A stretch of DNA of 64,000 nt, from contig JBHGNT010000005.1 in the NCBI GenBank assembly GCA_043228905.1, forward strand, positions 21,328,001 to 21,392,000. Direction: 5' to 3'. Shown here piece after piece: positions 27,801-39,088 of this stretch. The notes under the pieces are model-generated. The model saw nothing but the letters and a program-made list of their open reading frames with translations, was not told where the DNA came from and made no database searches. Position numbers and translations under genes: made by a program. Origin of the DNA: Azolla caroliniana. Lineage: Eukaryota > Plantae > Polypodiophyta. Each line of letters starts with the position of its first letter. The first letter of the stretch is position 1.

Positions 27801-28560
27801 CCACTCTACACTGAGGGGCCGCTACTGTGCGTTCCAAGCATCATCAAAGAGCTGCTTAATCTGACGGGGTTCTCTTCTCTGTGACACTCTACACTCAGGG
27901 GCCACTACTGTGCATTCCAAGCATCATCAAAGAGCTGTTCAATCTGACGGGGTTCTCTTCTCTGTGCCACTCTACACTCAGGGGCCATTACTGTGCGTTC
28001 CAAGCATCATCAAAGAGCTGTTCAATCTGAGGGGGTTCTCTTCTCTGTGCCACTCTACACTCAGGGGCCATTACTGTGCGTTCCAAGCATCATCAAAGAT
28101 CTGTTCAATCTGAGGGGGTTCTCTTCTCTGTGCCACTCTACACTCAGGGGCCGCTGCTGTGCGTTCCAAGCATCATCAAAGAGCTGTTCAATCTGACGGG
28201 GTTCTCTTCTCTTTGCCACTCTACACTCAGGGGTTGCTACTGTGCGTTCCAAGCATAATCAAAGAGCTATTCAATCTGACGGGGTTCTCTTCTCTTTTCC
28301 ACTCTCACTCAGGGGCCGCTACTGTGCGTTTCAAGCATCATTGGTAACTGTTCAATCTGACGGGGTTCTCTTCTCTATGCCACTCTATTCTCAAGTGCCT
28401 TCTATGTGCGTTTCAAGCATCATCGGTAACTGTTCAATCTGATGGGGTTCTCTCCTCCATTGCCATCATTCTATACTCAGTTGCCACAACTGTCCAGTCC
28501 CGGATTGCTTCCACATTTCGATTTGACGGAGTTCACTCATCCAACGGCAACATTCTACAC
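27801..28560. repeat. 83-bp tandem repeat, about 8-9 copies, degenerating rightwards, upstream of the transposase
   Basis: Unit CCACTCTACACTCAGGGGCC..CTGTGCGTTCCAAGCATCATCAAAGAGCTGTTCAATCTGA..GGGTTCTCTTCTCTGTG at 27801, 27884, 27967, 28050, 28133, 28216, 28299 and ~28380. Confidence 0.9.
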
Positions 28561-28788
28561 TCAGTTGTTGCCATTGGTCGGTCTTGGATCGCCTCCTCAA
28601 CTGTTGGATCCAACGGAGTGAAATCCTCTACTGTTCGGTCTTGGATTGCAATAACTTTTCTGTCTATTGATTATCTTGTGTATTGTTGTGTCTAATCTTG
28701 TGTATTGTGTGGAATATTTTTGTGTATTGTTGTTGCCCATAGCCATCTTTAATACTTGTTTTTTTTTCTGGAAATTTAGGGTTTTAAC

Positions 28789-31700
28789 ATGTCTAGCCAA
28801 ATGGAAGGGGAAGAAGGGTGTTTAGAATTACCCCTCAATGATCATAAGGATAGGGATGATGTTATCAGGACACAACAAGCCATACGAAACTATTGGGCAG
28901 AAAAAAAAAGGAAACATCGTCAATTGTTGAAGGATACGAAAGCCACACTCAGTAAAGGTAAGGATAGTTTAGCTGAGAATGTAAGTAATGCGACTACCAT
29001 CATAGAGAGAAAGGTTGTAGACTATTTCAATGTTCAAACCAAGCACATCAGCAATGAAGAAAAGAAGTTAGTACTTTATGGAATATGTAATGATCCATCG
29101 ATAAAGGACTTAGTTGATTGTGATGGTCTTAATGCAAACATATCATCTATTTTAGTAAATAATCTTCGTAATAGTTTCGTATCCATGAGCAGGTCAGAAG
29201 ATGATCTTGTCTTAAAAAGGTCTAGTCTAATGATGTTACTTAATAGTGATGTTGACGATATAAACATCAGTGAGCTATCTAAGGTAATTGGTGTTAGTAG
29301 AAAAACAGTGTACAATACAATGAACCGTATAATTTCCTCGGGTGAAGGAACTAGTCTACTAAAGCTAACTACAAGATGTAAGCCAATGACACCCATAACA
29401 TTTGAAATCAAGGATGTAATCACAATGTTTTGGACTAATGAGAGTAGGATTTCACCCAATAAAAAGGATTTATGCAGGAAACGTGTTGGAAGAAATCAAT
29501 ACGAGGAGCATCCCATTCATCTTCTTGATGTACCTCAGGTATTTACATTTATCTCAACATTTGTTTTGACTCTACTCGGAAAGTTAATTAGCTCAATTAG
29601 CAGAAAAGCTAATTAGCTTATCAGTTACATTTACCTCAGTTAGCTACTAGGATCGCTACTACATAGGTAACTAGCTACTCTCAATAGTTACTACCATGAT
29701 AGCTAATTAGCTATTCTCAATAGCTAATTTAGGTACTACCAGATAATTAGCTGTACTGCTAGCTAGTTAGCTATCATGGTAGCTAGTTAGCTATTTCGTT
29801 ATTACCAGCTAATTAGCTACTAGGAAAGCTAATTAGCTACCATGATAGCTAATTAGCTACTATGATAGCTACTACATAGGTAACTGGCTACTCTCAATAG
29901 CTACTACCATGATAGCTAATTAGCTATTCTAAATAGCTAATTTAGGTACTACCAGATAATTAGTTGTACTGGAAGCTAGTTAGCTATCATGGTAGCTAGT
30001 TTGTTATTTCGTTATTACCAGCTAATTAGCTACCATGATAGCTAATTAGCTTACTAGGATAGCTAATTAGCCACCGTGATAGCTAATTAGCTACTAGACC
30101 AGCTAATTTGCTACCATGATAGCTAATTAGTTAGGATAGCTAATTAGCCACCATTATAGCTAATTAGCTACTAGACCAGCTAATTTGCTACCATGATAGC
30201 TAATTAGTTACTAGGACAGCTAATTAGCCACCATGATAGCTAATTAGCTACCATGATAGCTAATTAGTTAGGATAGCTAATTAGCCACCATTATAGCTAA
30301 TTAGCTACTAGACCAGCTAATTAGCTACCATGATAGCTAATTAGTTACTAGGACAGCTAATTAGCCACCATGATAGCTAATTAGCTACCATGATAGCTAA
30401 TTAGCTACTAGACCAGCTAATTAGCTACCATGATAGCTAATTAGTTACTAGGAAAGCTAATCAGCCACCATTATAGCTAATTAGCTACTAGACCAGCTAA
30501 TTAGCTACCATGATAGCTAATTAGCTACTAGACCAGCTAATTAGCTACCATGATAGCTAATTAGTTACTAGGAAAGCTAATTAGCCACCATGATAGCTAA
30601 TTAGCTACTAGACAAGCTAATTAGCTACCATGATAGCTAATTAGTTACTAGGAAAGCTAATTAGCCACCATGATAGCTAATTAGCTACTAGAGCAGCTAA
30701 TTAGCTACCATGATAGCTAATTAGCTACTAGGACAACTAATTAGCTACTAGGACAGCTAATTAGCTACCATGATAGCTAATTAGCTACTACGACAGCTAA
30801 TTAGCTACCATGATAGCTAATTAGCTACTAGAATAGCTAATTAGCTACCATGATAGCTAATTAGCTACTACGACAGCTAATTAACTACCATGATAGCTAA
30901 TTAGTTACTAGGACAACTAATTAGCTACTAGGACAGCTAATTAGCTACCATGATAGCTAATTAGCTACTAGAATAGCTAACTAGCTACTAGAATAGCTAA
31001 CTAGCTACTAGAATAGCTAATTAGCTACTAGGATAGTTAGCTAGTTACGAGAATAACTAATTCCCCTTTATTACGCAGGTCGATTTATTTATTAGGTTCA
31101 AACGAATGCATCCAACTATCAAAGTTCAACTACGAACATTCGAGTCTCTTAAGCCACACTTTGTGAGACGCTTAAAGGATCGATACACATGTTGTTGCAT
31201 TTACCATGTACAGATGGGTTTTCTGAAGGACTCTGTTAATCTACTACGTCACCATAGCGCATCCCTAACTAATACAGTTTGCACATGTGGGTGCCCAATC
31301 TGTCGATCAAGCCCGCAAGAGGAGTGTAAATCATCTGAGCACGTTATCTCTTCCATGAGTTATTTATTAGATTCAATATTGTGTCCGAGAGAAACTGACG
31401 CTATCTTCCATATTCATAAATGTGTCATGGGTTTATGTCAAGATTGTGGCCCTACTAGATTTAGGTGGTGTCCAAATGAATTGAGTAGTGAAATATTGAT
31501 CTCTGTGAAGTTATTTGAGTCAGTGAACACCAATTTCGAAGGAAAGGTGTGTAAAAGAAAGGATCTAGTTCGGAAGATGCTTAAACCAAGGGATTTGGTG
31601 TCTCTGTTTGTAGTATCTCTAGGAAAGTTCATTAAACACAACTTCATTTATTCATGGCAGGCCCATCAGTTTAAGACTTGCATATCTGATTTCCCAAATG

Positions 31701-32920
31701 ATGTAGTAGTCTCAGTAGTAGATTTCGCAGAGAATTATACTTTCAAGCAGCAGAATGAAATTCAATCTATGCATTGGTGTTCAGTTCAGGTAACCATTTT
31801 TGTGCACATAACATATTTTCGAGTTTCAGGTGATGTTAAAAAAGTAATTCATTTCTTTATTTCCGATGATAAGAAGCATGATACCTTGTTCGTCCAACAC
31901 TGTTTTAAGTTACATTGGCAGTGGTTATTAGCTCAACGTTTGGAGCTTACTCAACATTGGGTCTGGTCTGACGGAGCTGCGTCACAATTCAAGGCTCGAC
32001 GTCCATTTTATTTTGTGGGGAGATATCCTGCTATAACAGGTTTGGAGATGAGATGGAATTTTTTTGGGTCTGGCCATGGTAAAGGTGAACATGATGGTGC
32101 AGGGGCTGTTATAAAGCGGGCACTTACCCATGAACAACTAAAGACAGATGGTGTGCACATGAATTGTGCATCACATGTAGTTGAATTTTTAAGAACAAAT
32201 ATGTCAACGAGTGCCACAGGTGTTTATTCCTCGCAAGTTCGAGATATCAAACGTGAATTTTGGGAAGTGAAGATAGATGAAGTAAATAGGGAGAAGACCT
32301 GGGAGTGCCAAGGAATTCCCGAATTGCGATCTTTGCATGCTGTTCGCGGTTATTCCAGGTTGGATGGTCATTGTATTGCGGTTAGAGAATTGACTTGTTT
32401 TTGCTTCCATTGTGTGCAGGGAAATTGGAGATATTGTCTAAACAAAGCATACATTCAGAATTGGGAGTATCACACTCTGAATGATAAGGAAGCAGTTGAT
32501 GGAGAAACAGGGCAGAATGCTGACTTCACATATGAGGGACTTGGAGATACTTTGAGTGATGTCCTGAACGTTGGGGATAACTTCGCTGTAAATGCTGAAG
32601 AAGGCAATTCAGAGGGTGCTGATTTCTATATATTAAAGTGCACGGTTAGTAAACAGTGTGCAAGGCAGAATATTGTAGATGCATGGGGAAATTTTGTATC
32701 TGCCGGGACATTCTACATCGAAGGCATTTTTTATGCAAAACTAGATGACTACGAATATGTGTACAGGCTGTTAGAAGACAAACCAGCGGCGTATATGTAC
32801 TCTCATTTGGTCAGATGCATCAACGTCCCAATGTCAGAATACAATAGCTGCTCCGGTTTATACACTGTTGGTGCTAATGTGTATGAATGTATTTACAATA
32901 GTATGCCATGGAATTTGTAG
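28789..32920 (+). CDS. Sola2-type DDD transposase, exons 28789-29538 and 31079-32920, predicted 863 aa, no internal stops
   Basis: Phase-0 intron CAG|GTATTT ... CTAAT..CCCCTTT..GCAG|GTC joins the two ORFs in frame. HTH-like INISELSKVIGVSRKTVYN; Cys clusters; motifs VDFAENY..QNEIQSMHW, WSDGAASQFK, WNFFGSGHGKGEHDGAG. Confidence 0.85.
29580..31062. repeat. Intronic minisatellite of palindrome (T)AGCTAATTAGCT(A), mostly 20-bp period, filling the transposase intron
   Basis: Units such as ATAGCTAATTAGCTACCATG and CCAGCTAATTAGCTACTAGA; strict 20-nt register from about 30240 to 31030. Confidence 0.95.
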
Positions 32921-33289
32921 CTACAAGTAGCACTTACCATGTTCTCTTGTAAAACAAACATGTATTTCGCGAAAACAGTTAAATAAATTCGTTTGGAATC
33001 AATTTCTTGTATACAGTCTGCTTTCTGTGCTTCTTTCTCAATAAAATCATGTCTTTTTTGTTAAGTTTTAAGTTATAAGTTATAGCGAAATAGTCATCAG
33101 TAGCTAATTAGCTGTACAAATGCAGCTAATTAGCTGTACAAATGCAGCTAATTAGCTGTCAATAGCTAAATAGTCATCAATAGAATGAAATCAACAATCT
33201 GCAACATATTCCTCAAATTACACAGTAGATAAGTACAGTGGGAACAAGTAATTAAATTCTTCATTGAATAATGTCATCTCTTTACATAT

Positions 33290-34342
33290 TTATAAATTAC
33301 CATTGGAAATGTCTACAAATCTCCTATAAACAGCTAAGCTCTTGCTAGTCAGTGGAATGAGTCTACATATATTATCCGCATATTGAGGTCGGTATGGAGT
33401 CCACAACCATGCACCTAGTTGGCAGCTCACTATTTGCACCAGGTACTGTTCAGGCATTTCCTCGGGTAGAATGAGACAGCATCTCCGAATATTGAAGTAG
33501 TGTCGGAAATGTTCTATATCCAAAATCAATGTATTGTCGGCATTATATTCAGGCCAAGTAGCCCAAAAATCAGAAAGTCTCTTGAATCTTGCAGCTTCCA
33601 TTTGCTCACAATTTTCTCGTGCCCATTGACCTTTAAAACGACTTCGCCATTTTGGGAAGAATCTTGCCAAACACTTCCACACATCTGATTTTGGTTTTTC
33701 ACTCCAAATAAACAAATCAAAGTATTCCACAGCCCACTCTAGAAACTGATTTGCGTCCCTCCTTGGCTGCATATATCTCACACTCATCAAGACTTTATCA
33801 AGCTCCAAGATCAAGGCTCTTCTTTCGACTTCTAGTGGTTTAGGTTTCCATTCCTGAAACTGAGCCGCTGTTACACCATTTTCTGGTAGGATACGATCAA
33901 TCTCAATCAGCTCAGGTTCGGCTGACACAACTGGTGTCCTTTTCCTCTTTAAACCCCTCGTCGACTGTGTTGGGCCTAGCTTCACATTCTGGTGCTCTTG
34001 TTTTGTCGACTTAGTTATCAATCCTTGGATTACCTCAGTGCATGTAGCTACTGTTCTGCTCGATATCAGTCCACTGGTATCACATGCTGCATCTACCTGC
34101 AACACCAAGTCATCCGTGCTACATGCTTGATCAACTTGTGTGACCAGATCACTTGTGTCAGTTGCTACATCTACTTTCAAGATGGGGCCCTTTAAACATG
34201 CCGCAACATCAACAGTATCCACACTGCCATTGGCCTTACGAGCAATAGAATCAAACCCTTTAGACTCTGCAACATCAGAAAACACCAACATATTCACACT
34301 CACAAAGTAACTAATAGTTTCACAAAACAATATCCTGAACAT
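33290..34342 (-). CDS. Transposon-borne ORF (~350 aa) with C-terminal FCP1/SCP/NIF-like HAD phosphatase domain, catalytic motif altered; 5' end or splicing uncertain
   Basis: RRALILELDKVL (motif I, canonical DxDxT/V), PRRDANQFLEWAVEYFDLFIWS, WARENC, FKRLSDFW, NTLILD. Also a basic KRKR stretch and 13-aa repeats. Confidence 0.7.
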   Translation of the reverse strand: MFRILFCETISYFVSVNMLVFSDVAESKGFDSIARKANGSVDTVDVAACLKGPILKVDVATDTSDLVTQVDQACSTDDLVLQVDAACDTSGLISSRTVATCTEVIQGLITKSTKQEHQNVKLGPTQSTRGLKRKRTPVVSAEPELIEIDRILPENGVTAAQFQEWKPKPLEVERRALILELDKVLMSVRYMQPRRDANQFLEWAVEYFDLFIWSEKPKSDVWKCLARFFPKWRSRFKGQWARENCEQMEAARFKRLSDFWATWPEYNADNTLILDIEHFRHYFNIRRCCLILPEEMPEQYLVQIVSCQLGAWLWTPYRPQYADNICRLIPLTSKSLAVYRRFVDISNGNL

Positions 34343-34515
34343 CAAAGAGTTTCAGTCATAGAACAACACTCTTCAAATTATCTTGGAAAAACATCATAGA
34401 GTTCCATTACATAATGTGGATCAAGCAACAACCAATCTGAGGTTTTACTTGTCCAACAGGATAGTAAAACTTCATAAAACCCTAGCAAAATCCCTAAGCT
34501 AACAATCATATCCAA

Positions 34516-37500
34516 CTAAACAGTATTTCGCTCCACTACGTCTGGGCCCCTTGACCGAGTAACTGGTCTTGTTCCCGATCGTGGCCCCTTCTTCAGCCTT
34601 TTTCTGGTTGGTTCCCCATTTAGCCTTGCTTTTAGGACCCAATGCGCAAGTGTGTCCTCCTCCGACAATCTTCCCATCGCCTCAGCAGCTAATTGCACAT
34701 CAGCCGTTTCTTGAACTAGCTTTTCAAGTACAGAGGGATCTGTTTGGACATTTTCAGTAGTTGGGCTCGGTGGGGTGGAATCAAGGTCTTGAGACTCGAA
34801 GAAATAATGCATCAAGTGTTCATAAACACTGTTGTTGTGAACCTCAGTTTTACATGTTGTTTCCACTATTTCATGGCATTTCACATCGTTGCCTAATTCA
34901 GTACACTGTTCCAAAAGAATAGGGTGCAGCTGATCTGAAGGAGATGTGATAGCAGGAATCTTACTTTCAGCCACATTGGCAGTAGTATCCTCATCTGTTG
35001 CAGCATCATCAGCACCAGACACATCATGTGCCGTCCTTAATCCACAAGATTCTACAATAACATGACAGTTATTTAGGATAGCTAATTAGCTACTTTACTA
35101 AACTATGGTAGAAGCTAGGATAGCTAATTAGCTAGTACGATAGCTAATTAGCTAGTATGATAGCTAATTAGGTACTTTACTCAACTATGGTAGTAGTTAG
35201 GATAGCTAATTAGCTACTTTACTCAATTATGGTAGTAGCTAGGATAGCTAATTAGCTACTTTACTCAACTATGGTAGTAGCTAGGATAGCTAATTAGCTA
35301 CTTTACTAACTATGGTAGTAGCTAGGATAGCTAATTAGCTACTTTACTAACTATGGTAGTAGCTAGGATAGCTAATTAGCTACAATGAAAGCTAATTAGC
35401 TACTTTCTGAACTATGTAGTAGCTAGGATAGCTTATTAGCTACTAGGACAGCTAATTAGCTGCCAGTAGCTAATTAGCTACTAGGATAGCTAATTAGCTG
35501 CCAGTAGCAAATTAGCTACTAGGATAGCTTATTAGCTACTTTACACAACTATGGCAGTAGCTACTAGGATAGCTAATTCGCTAGTAGGATAGCTAATTAG
35601 TTGCCAGCAGCTAATTAGCTAGTAGGATAGCTAATTAGCTACTAGGATAGCTAATTAGTTGCCAGTAGCTAATTAGCTAGTAGGATAGCTAATTAGGTAC
35701 TTTACTCAACTATGGTAGTAGCTAATTAGCTAGTAGGATAGCTAATTAGCTGCTAGTAGCTAATTAGCTACTAGGATAGCTTATTAGCTACTTTACACAA
35801 CTATGGCAGTAGCTAATTAGTTACTAGGATAGCTAATTAGTTGCCAGTGGCTAATTAGCTAGTAGGATACCTAATTAGCTTTTTTACACAACTATAGTAC
35901 TAGCTAATTAGCTAGTACCATAGCTAATTACCTACTAGGATAGCTAATTAGCTAGTAGGATAGCTTATTAGCTACTTTACACAACTATAGTAGTAGCTAG
36001 GATAGCTAATTAGCTACTATGGTAGCTAATTAGCTACTTTACTCAACTATGGTAGTAGCTAGGATAGCTAATTAGCTACTTTACTCAACTATGGTAGTAG
36101 CTAGGATAGCTAATTAGCTACTTTACTAACTATGGTAGTAGCTAGGATAGCTAATTAGCTACTTTACTAACTATGGTGGTAGCTAGGATAGCTAATTAGC
36201 TACAATGAAAGCTAATTAGCTACTTTCTCAACTATGTAGTAGCTAGGATAGCTTATTAGCTACTAGGACAACTAATTAGCTGCCAGTAGCTAATTAGCTA
36301 CTAGGATAGCTTATTAGCTACTTTACACAACTATGTCAGTAGCTAATTAGCTACTATGATAGCTAATTCGCTAGTAGGATAGCTAATTAGTTGCCAGTAG
36401 CTAATTAGCTAGTAGGATAGCTAATTAGTTGCCAGTAGCTAATTAGCTAGTAGGATAGCTAATTAGCTTTTTTACACAACTATGGTACTAGCTAATTAGC
36501 TAGTACCATAGCTAACTAGCTACTAGGATAGCTTATTAGCTACTTTACACAACTATGGCAGTAGCTAATTAGTTACTAGGATAGCTAATTAGTTGCCAAT
36601 GGCTAATTAGCTAGTAGGATACTAGGATAGCTTATTAGCTACTTTACACAACTATGTCAGTAGCTAATTAGCTACTATGATAGCTAATTCGCTAGTAGGA
36701 TAGCTAATTAGTTGCCAGTAGCTAATTAGCTAGTAGGATAGCTAATTAGTTGCCAGTAGCTAATTAGCTAGTAGGATAGCTAATTAGCTTTTTTACACAA
36801 CTATGGTACTAGCTAATTAGCTAGTACCATAGCTAACTAGCTACTAGGATAGCTTATTAGCTACTTTACACAACTATGGCAGTAGCTAATTAGTTACTAG
36901 GATAGCTAATTAGTTGCCAGTGGCTAATTAGCTAGTAGGATAGCTATTTAGCTTTTTTACACAACTATGGTACTAGCTAATTAGCTAGTACCATAGCTAA
37001 TTAGCTACTAGGATAGCTAATTAGCTAGTAGCTCATTAGCTGCCAGTAGCTAATTAGCTAGTAGGATAGCTAATTAGAAAAGACTAAGCTTATTAGCTAC
37101 AGTATGGTATACCTGTTAGTTTTCTCCACTCATTTGGTAGAGTTGTACTGCAATCTCCCAAACAGAATGCAGCAATTCGACAGGCATGTTGAAAACAAAG
37201 CAGATGGTATGTGTGGTTGCATGGTTGTAGGTGAACCAACAAAGACGCAGTTTTGTCCTCCACACCTAACCCGCAAGCGATGCAACGTGCTTGAACTGTC
37301 AATAAATCATTTTCTGGTTCTACTTCATTTGGTAAGGGAGCAAGAATGTTCAGGTCCAAATCCTGTCTGGTCCTTACCATTCCCTCCACAAAATGTAGCT
37401 TCTTCTTAAGGCAGCTAACTACCTGTTCTTGATGAATGTATTGTTCCTTCAACGCAACAGAGAAATTTACCGATTAATTATTCTTGTTGTTGAAAGATAC

Positions 37501-39088
37501 ACCAACTTTGCTTAGGAATCGTTAACTTACTTGAAGCTTATCCAAATTGTAATCTGCAACAGTATTTACACCTAGAAGGTCCAGGTTCATTGAAAGAACC
37601 TGGATCTCTATTTGCAGTTCTATTTTACGCTGGGGATCCAGTGGCCCCTCTAATTCAAGCTCCTGTTGCGCAACCTATTCCAGATAATGCTTGATTAGCA
37701 CATTTTACCCGTTATTTATAACACAATCACATACCAGCAAAACAATAGTTACCTGAATCTTATTTCTAATTGTTGTAACAGCAGAAGTAACTTTGCTCTC
37801 CATTGCAGAAGCCATTGTGGCTTTCTCTAAATCAGTCTTAAAAAATGCCAATGTCTCACAGGCTTCATGGACATTTTTTAGCATATAGCTAACCAATGTC
37901 TCACCTGTATCATCGACATTGGCTTTCCTTGGGTGTCGGTGTGGTGTATGCCCCCGGTCTTGCTGGGAGTCGGCAGTTGCATCAACAGCTGCCATGCTCC
38001 AAAATCTGTCTATTTTTTGTGCCAAGGTCCCCATCTTTCGGCATCTTTTTACCGATGCCTCACCATAGACTGCCCAAGCTACCCTATACATTTCAGGGTC
38101 TCTAGATTCCTTCGCTGTTTTGCAGTACTCATATGCAAATGCTCTAGCAAATGAAACTGACAACTCATTGTTGACTGGGATCTCCTGATGAACTTTCTGG
38201 TGCAGTCTCATGCAGTCATCGTACAAGTCGGCTCGTACATGCTTCAGCTTGACCTTGCCTTTGACTCTAGGCACTGTATATACTGTCATCCAGTCTATAT
38301 CACTGATCAATTTATCACTTAGGACAGCAGGGTCAACACCCTCGAGTGACAGACCATAGGTGTTGTGGAAGTCCTCCTTTGTCTCGCAAAATTTTGCGAA
38401 GTTTAGCACTCTCGTATACGGAGGAACGAGCCATCTGAAATATCATTTCAGAAATCAGAAATAGTGCAAAATCAGAATATGTGAGAATCAAAAACCCCAA
38501 TCAACAACAACAAAAATGGTGCAAAATCTTTAACTTAGCAAATCAGAAACCCTAATCATAATTTGTATTCAGAAATTTGAAATCAGAAACCCTAATCAAA
38601 ATCTGTAATCAGAAGTTTGAAATTAGAAACCCTAATCAAAATCTGTAATCAGAAGTTTGTAACCAGAAACCTTATTCAGAAATTCTAATCAGAAATTTAT
38701 AATCAAAAACCCTAATCAGAAATTTCAATCAGAAACCCTAATAAAAAATTTCAATCACAAACCCTAATCAGAAATCCTAAGCAGAAATTTATAAACAAAA
38801 ACCCTATTCAGAAATTCTAATTTGTAATCAAAATTTGTAACCAGAAACCCTATTCAGAAATTCTAATCAGAAATTTATAATCAAAAACCCTAATCAGAAA
38901 TTTCAATCACAAACCCTAATCAGAAATTTCAATCACAAACCCTAATCAGAAATTCTAATAAGAAATTTATAAACAAAAACCCTAATCAGAAATTTCAATC
39001 AGAAACCCCAATCATCACTAAAGACAGGATTAAACACAAAAAAAGTAATATAAACACACCTGTTGCTACTCCCCGATTTGCGAGACAT
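34516..39088 (-). CDS. Transposon-borne spliced gene for a RING-H2-like finger protein, predicted 574 aa; coding exons 39088-39060, 38434-37753, 37674-37531, 37446-37113, 35051-34516
   Basis: All four introns are GT-AG with consistent phases (2,0,0,1), giving a continuous 1725-nt ORF. CIAC..PCNHTYHLLC..CLGDC finger, acidic region, basic C-terminus (RKRLKK). Probable 5' UTR intron 39212-39117. Confidence 0.75.
35075..37100. repeat. Second intronic array of the AGCTAATTAGCT palindrome (mixed ~17, 20 and ~40 bp units)
   Basis: Fills the 2061-bp intron (37112-35052) of the RING gene; higher-order duplications visible. Confidence 0.95.
38540..39015. repeat. Telo-box-containing minisatellite (AATCAGAAACCCTAATCAGAAATTT) in an intron of the RING gene
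   Basis: About a dozen AAACCCTAAT-like motifs inside intron 39059-38435. Confidence 0.85.

Noticed and set aside
27801-28560. CRISPR-like array
   Set aside because: Whole 83-bp units repeat with no unique spacers, no cas genes, eukaryotic context. The same applies to 12010-12850.
34267-34560. Splice fusion of the RING gene to the phosphatase ORF
   Set aside because: A good acceptor exists but I found no convincing in-phase donor before the stop at 34516; left unresolved and annotated separately.
38540-39015. Interstitial telomere or chromosome fusion site
   Set aside because: AAACCCT motifs are isolated within longer units, not contiguous (TTTAGGG)n, and lie within a TE intron.
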